DNA of 64,000 nucleotides from Psilocybe cubensis (Eukaryota): NCBI GenBank assembly GCA_017499595.2, contig CM038999.1, positions 124,001 to 188,000 of the forward strand, read 5' to 3'. Shown piece by piece: positions 61,280 to 64,000 of this stretch (position 1 is its first letter; each line of letters starts with the position of its first letter). The notes under the pieces were generated by a model. It saw only the letters and a program-made list of their open reading frames with translations, ran no database searches and was not told where the DNA came from. The position numbers and the translations under genes were made by a program.

Positions 61280-63201
61280 ATTATAATATTTAGACTCAAG
61301 GAGGCATGCACATATACGTAAGAGGGATAAATGTGTTTTAATGAAGCTCCAGATAATAGAAGCAAACATCCACTTCATTTAATGGTCTTACACACTGTAA
61401 TTAATAACCCCTGACAGGGCCGATTGTGCCGACCATCTGCATACTCAGTTTCTCAGCGCAAGGTTTAAACTCCGATTCGTGACACGCTTGTCCAATCAAA
61501 TCTTACAGGCCTCATTGCCTTCCCTTGTCTGCGTTTCGATCCACGCGTTTTTCTGAGTATTTCTTTGAGTAAATGTAAGCTGTCTTGTCTCGTCATGTTC
61601 AAAGTCTCTTCGTGTCACCTCATAACCTTATATCTCGTTTGCATGTCTTGTGTATCGCTTTCCGTGGCTAGTCTTTCAGCATAGGACCCGGGAAGCTTCC
61701 CTAGAGGTCTGTCCGCTTTTTGCGGATTTGAGGGCTAAATTTTTCTTCCTCCTGTTCCTCCACCACCACCGTCAAGACAAAGCACATCGTCAGCGCTGCC
61801 AACCTCAATATCACATTCAAATCTCAATCTGTGTGCTACACGCGCATATACTTGTCAATTCCATGGACTACATGCTCGAGTGCCATTGACCCGCCGCTTG
61901 TTGTCTCCATTACCCCCAAACGGGCAGCCTCGACTCATCATTTGTTTGAGCAGCGGCTACGAATAACAAGCGGTGCGGGTGCGTGTGTGCAGTACGTGCG
62001 TACTGAAACCCTCGATGTTCTTTTTTTCTACGACTTTTAGCTCTCCTTATTGTGTTAGCCTCGCGCTCCATTCCATCATTACAATTTATGTGCATTCCCT
62101 CGACCAACACACAGATTTACACCCATGTACGACACTGATCGACGTGGATGTAGTGCAAAGCGCTCAAGCTCATAGTCAACCTCGACCTCGACCATACCCG
62201 TGGCTCTATACTTTCGAGACGGAAACCATGTACCACGGCCAAATGCTCGTCGCATCCTCGATTCGCATCATGAGTCGAATCACCCCGCTCTTCTCACTCT
62301 ACCTGGTCCCCAACTCACGTGAGCTCCGCACCGGGCGTATTTATGCGGCCGTGTTTTCATGCTTTTAACAGCCTTTCTTGCAGGGCAGTTTATGTAGGAT
62401 GCACACGCATATATGCTTGATCGCTGATGGATACACACATGGGCTGGGGATAGGGATGAGATGGAGATAGAGAACAAGCAGAGGGATCCGGGCTGCTGTT
62501 AGAAACGAGGTTAGGGTTATTCAACAGGTCTGCGTTTGGTTCATCTGGGTCTGTTTCTAGTACAATTGCTGTCGCCGCCGCCTCTTCCGTATCCTCCACA
62601 ACTCCTTCCCCCCTCTGCAACAACATCCCCCAGCGCGTCTCCATACTCTGCCACCAACCCACTTCCTCTTTGGACTTGTCACAGATTTCGCATTCTCGCG
62701 CATACATCTCACACAGCTCTGGTCTGACGGTGCCTTGCCATCTAGTACAGATGGCGGACTCCCTGAGACACATTTCCTTCTATGGGCATCTCGTCGTCCA
62801 TGAAGCGAATGTGGGTGATACCGGGTGTACAGCGAGATTTCCTATCCGCAATATGCGCGCATATACGCACTCGGACGGTAGTTCTGATGTTGTTGGGTTG
62901 AGATTCGGGGCTGTATATGGGTGTGTGGGTCTGGTTGGTAACCTTTCCTGATGACATGCAACCCGTGTTGACGTTGACATCAAGTCTAGGCAAGTCCCCG
63001 TCGAATCACGTCTAGATTTACATGTAGTTGTTAGCACATCCTCCACCATCACACCCTCCTTCTGCACAGTCAATTTTGCTCGTTGTTATGCTCACATCGT
63101 TTAGATTTGATGCTGTGGAAATCTAGACTCTGTTTTGCTCCGCTCAATGTGTTGTATGAACATGAATTGGAAGGCTGTCTGGTAAAGGCAGCCTCACTAG
63201 C

Positions 63202-64000
63202 AGTAGGTTGGACTCAAGAAACCTGGAAAGACAGGACAACGATGTCTTCGTTCCGTGTGGTAAGAGACCGTACAGTAGACGTAAATGAGTAGCTACATAC
63301 CTTCGTTCCGTGTGGTAAGAGACAGGGAACGAAGGTGAGGAAAGTCGAAATTTGTGTCTACTGTCATGTGATGTAAAGCGTGATCTACGCGCGTCTAAGT
63401 TTACCAGATAAAGGGGTAAGGCTGAGGCAGGGCAGGCTTACACTCTTCCCCGCCCCGAAAAAATTGGCGGTGTGTAGAAACAGGCGGTGTCGGGGGACCC
63501 GTGTGGGAGAGGGAAAGAAAAAAGAAAAAAAAAAGGGGAAGTGAAATATCTATCTACGGAAGTCCAGGGCGCCTGCGTCCTGGGGGTGTTCTTCAAGCCC
63601 GTGTCAGTCATCGCGTGAGCCCGGTGTGATGCCGTTTTCCGCTTCCCAAACGTCTAGGGCTTCGTTGTCTTCGAGTAGCTTTCCCGCGATCCACTCGTCG
63701 TGTTCGCATCCGTAGCCGACCCATCTGACTAGGTATTGTCGACCGCGGCCCATTCGTCGTTCGTCCACAATCTTGTCGATGACGTTCTCCACAGTGCCGT
63801 CTTCAGTCACCACCACCCCTGGGTTGGGTAATGCGCGGTCGGGGAAGGCCATGACGTCGTTGGGTACGAAGGGCTTGAGGAGGCTCGCGTGGAACCCGGG
63901 GAAAGTCTTTGGATTGTTGGGCAGTCTGAGTGTGTATTCCGACGCCTCTGGGTGTGCGGCGACCACTGAATATGGCCCGTCGTAGCGCGGCATGAACTTG
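63202..64000 (-). mobile_element. 3' end of a second Gypsy/chromovirus element (integrase tail, chromodomain, PPT, 3' LTR), cut by the window edge
   Basis: ORF 63604-63993 has PRYDGPY, FHASLLKPF and the chromodomain IDKIVDERR..GRQYLVRWVGYG.EHDEW. The PPT GGGGCGGGGAAGAG (63443-63456) abuts TGTAAG at 63442. The distal LTR end (~63202) is approximate. Confidence 0.85.

Overview
Fungal DNA, most likely an agaricomycete (inferred from short GT-AG introns and the gene families present). The left ~17 kb holds a six-exon class I G-protein alpha gene in very dense microsatellites, with an intact, recently inserted Ty3/Gypsy chromovirus in its 3' flank (identical 173-bp LTRs, 5-bp TSD, self-priming-type PBS). 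The rest looks like an accessory/defence island. It carries seven co-oriented paralogous genes for a secreted ~100-aa, 10-cysteine peptide with conserved promoter and UTR modules, an intact NACHT-ankyrin NLR, a broken second NACHT gene, a SET-domain gene and a DUF6533-type membrane protein gene. It also contains three non-autonomous GGGCA-ended TIR elements with 9-bp TSDs and a nested pair of Helitron2-like elements. The outer Helitron-like element carries an F-box/nucleotidyltransferase-like gene and a second unknown gene, and both elements share long hairpins. A second Gypsy 3' end lies at the right edge. All calls were made by eye, with no database searches.
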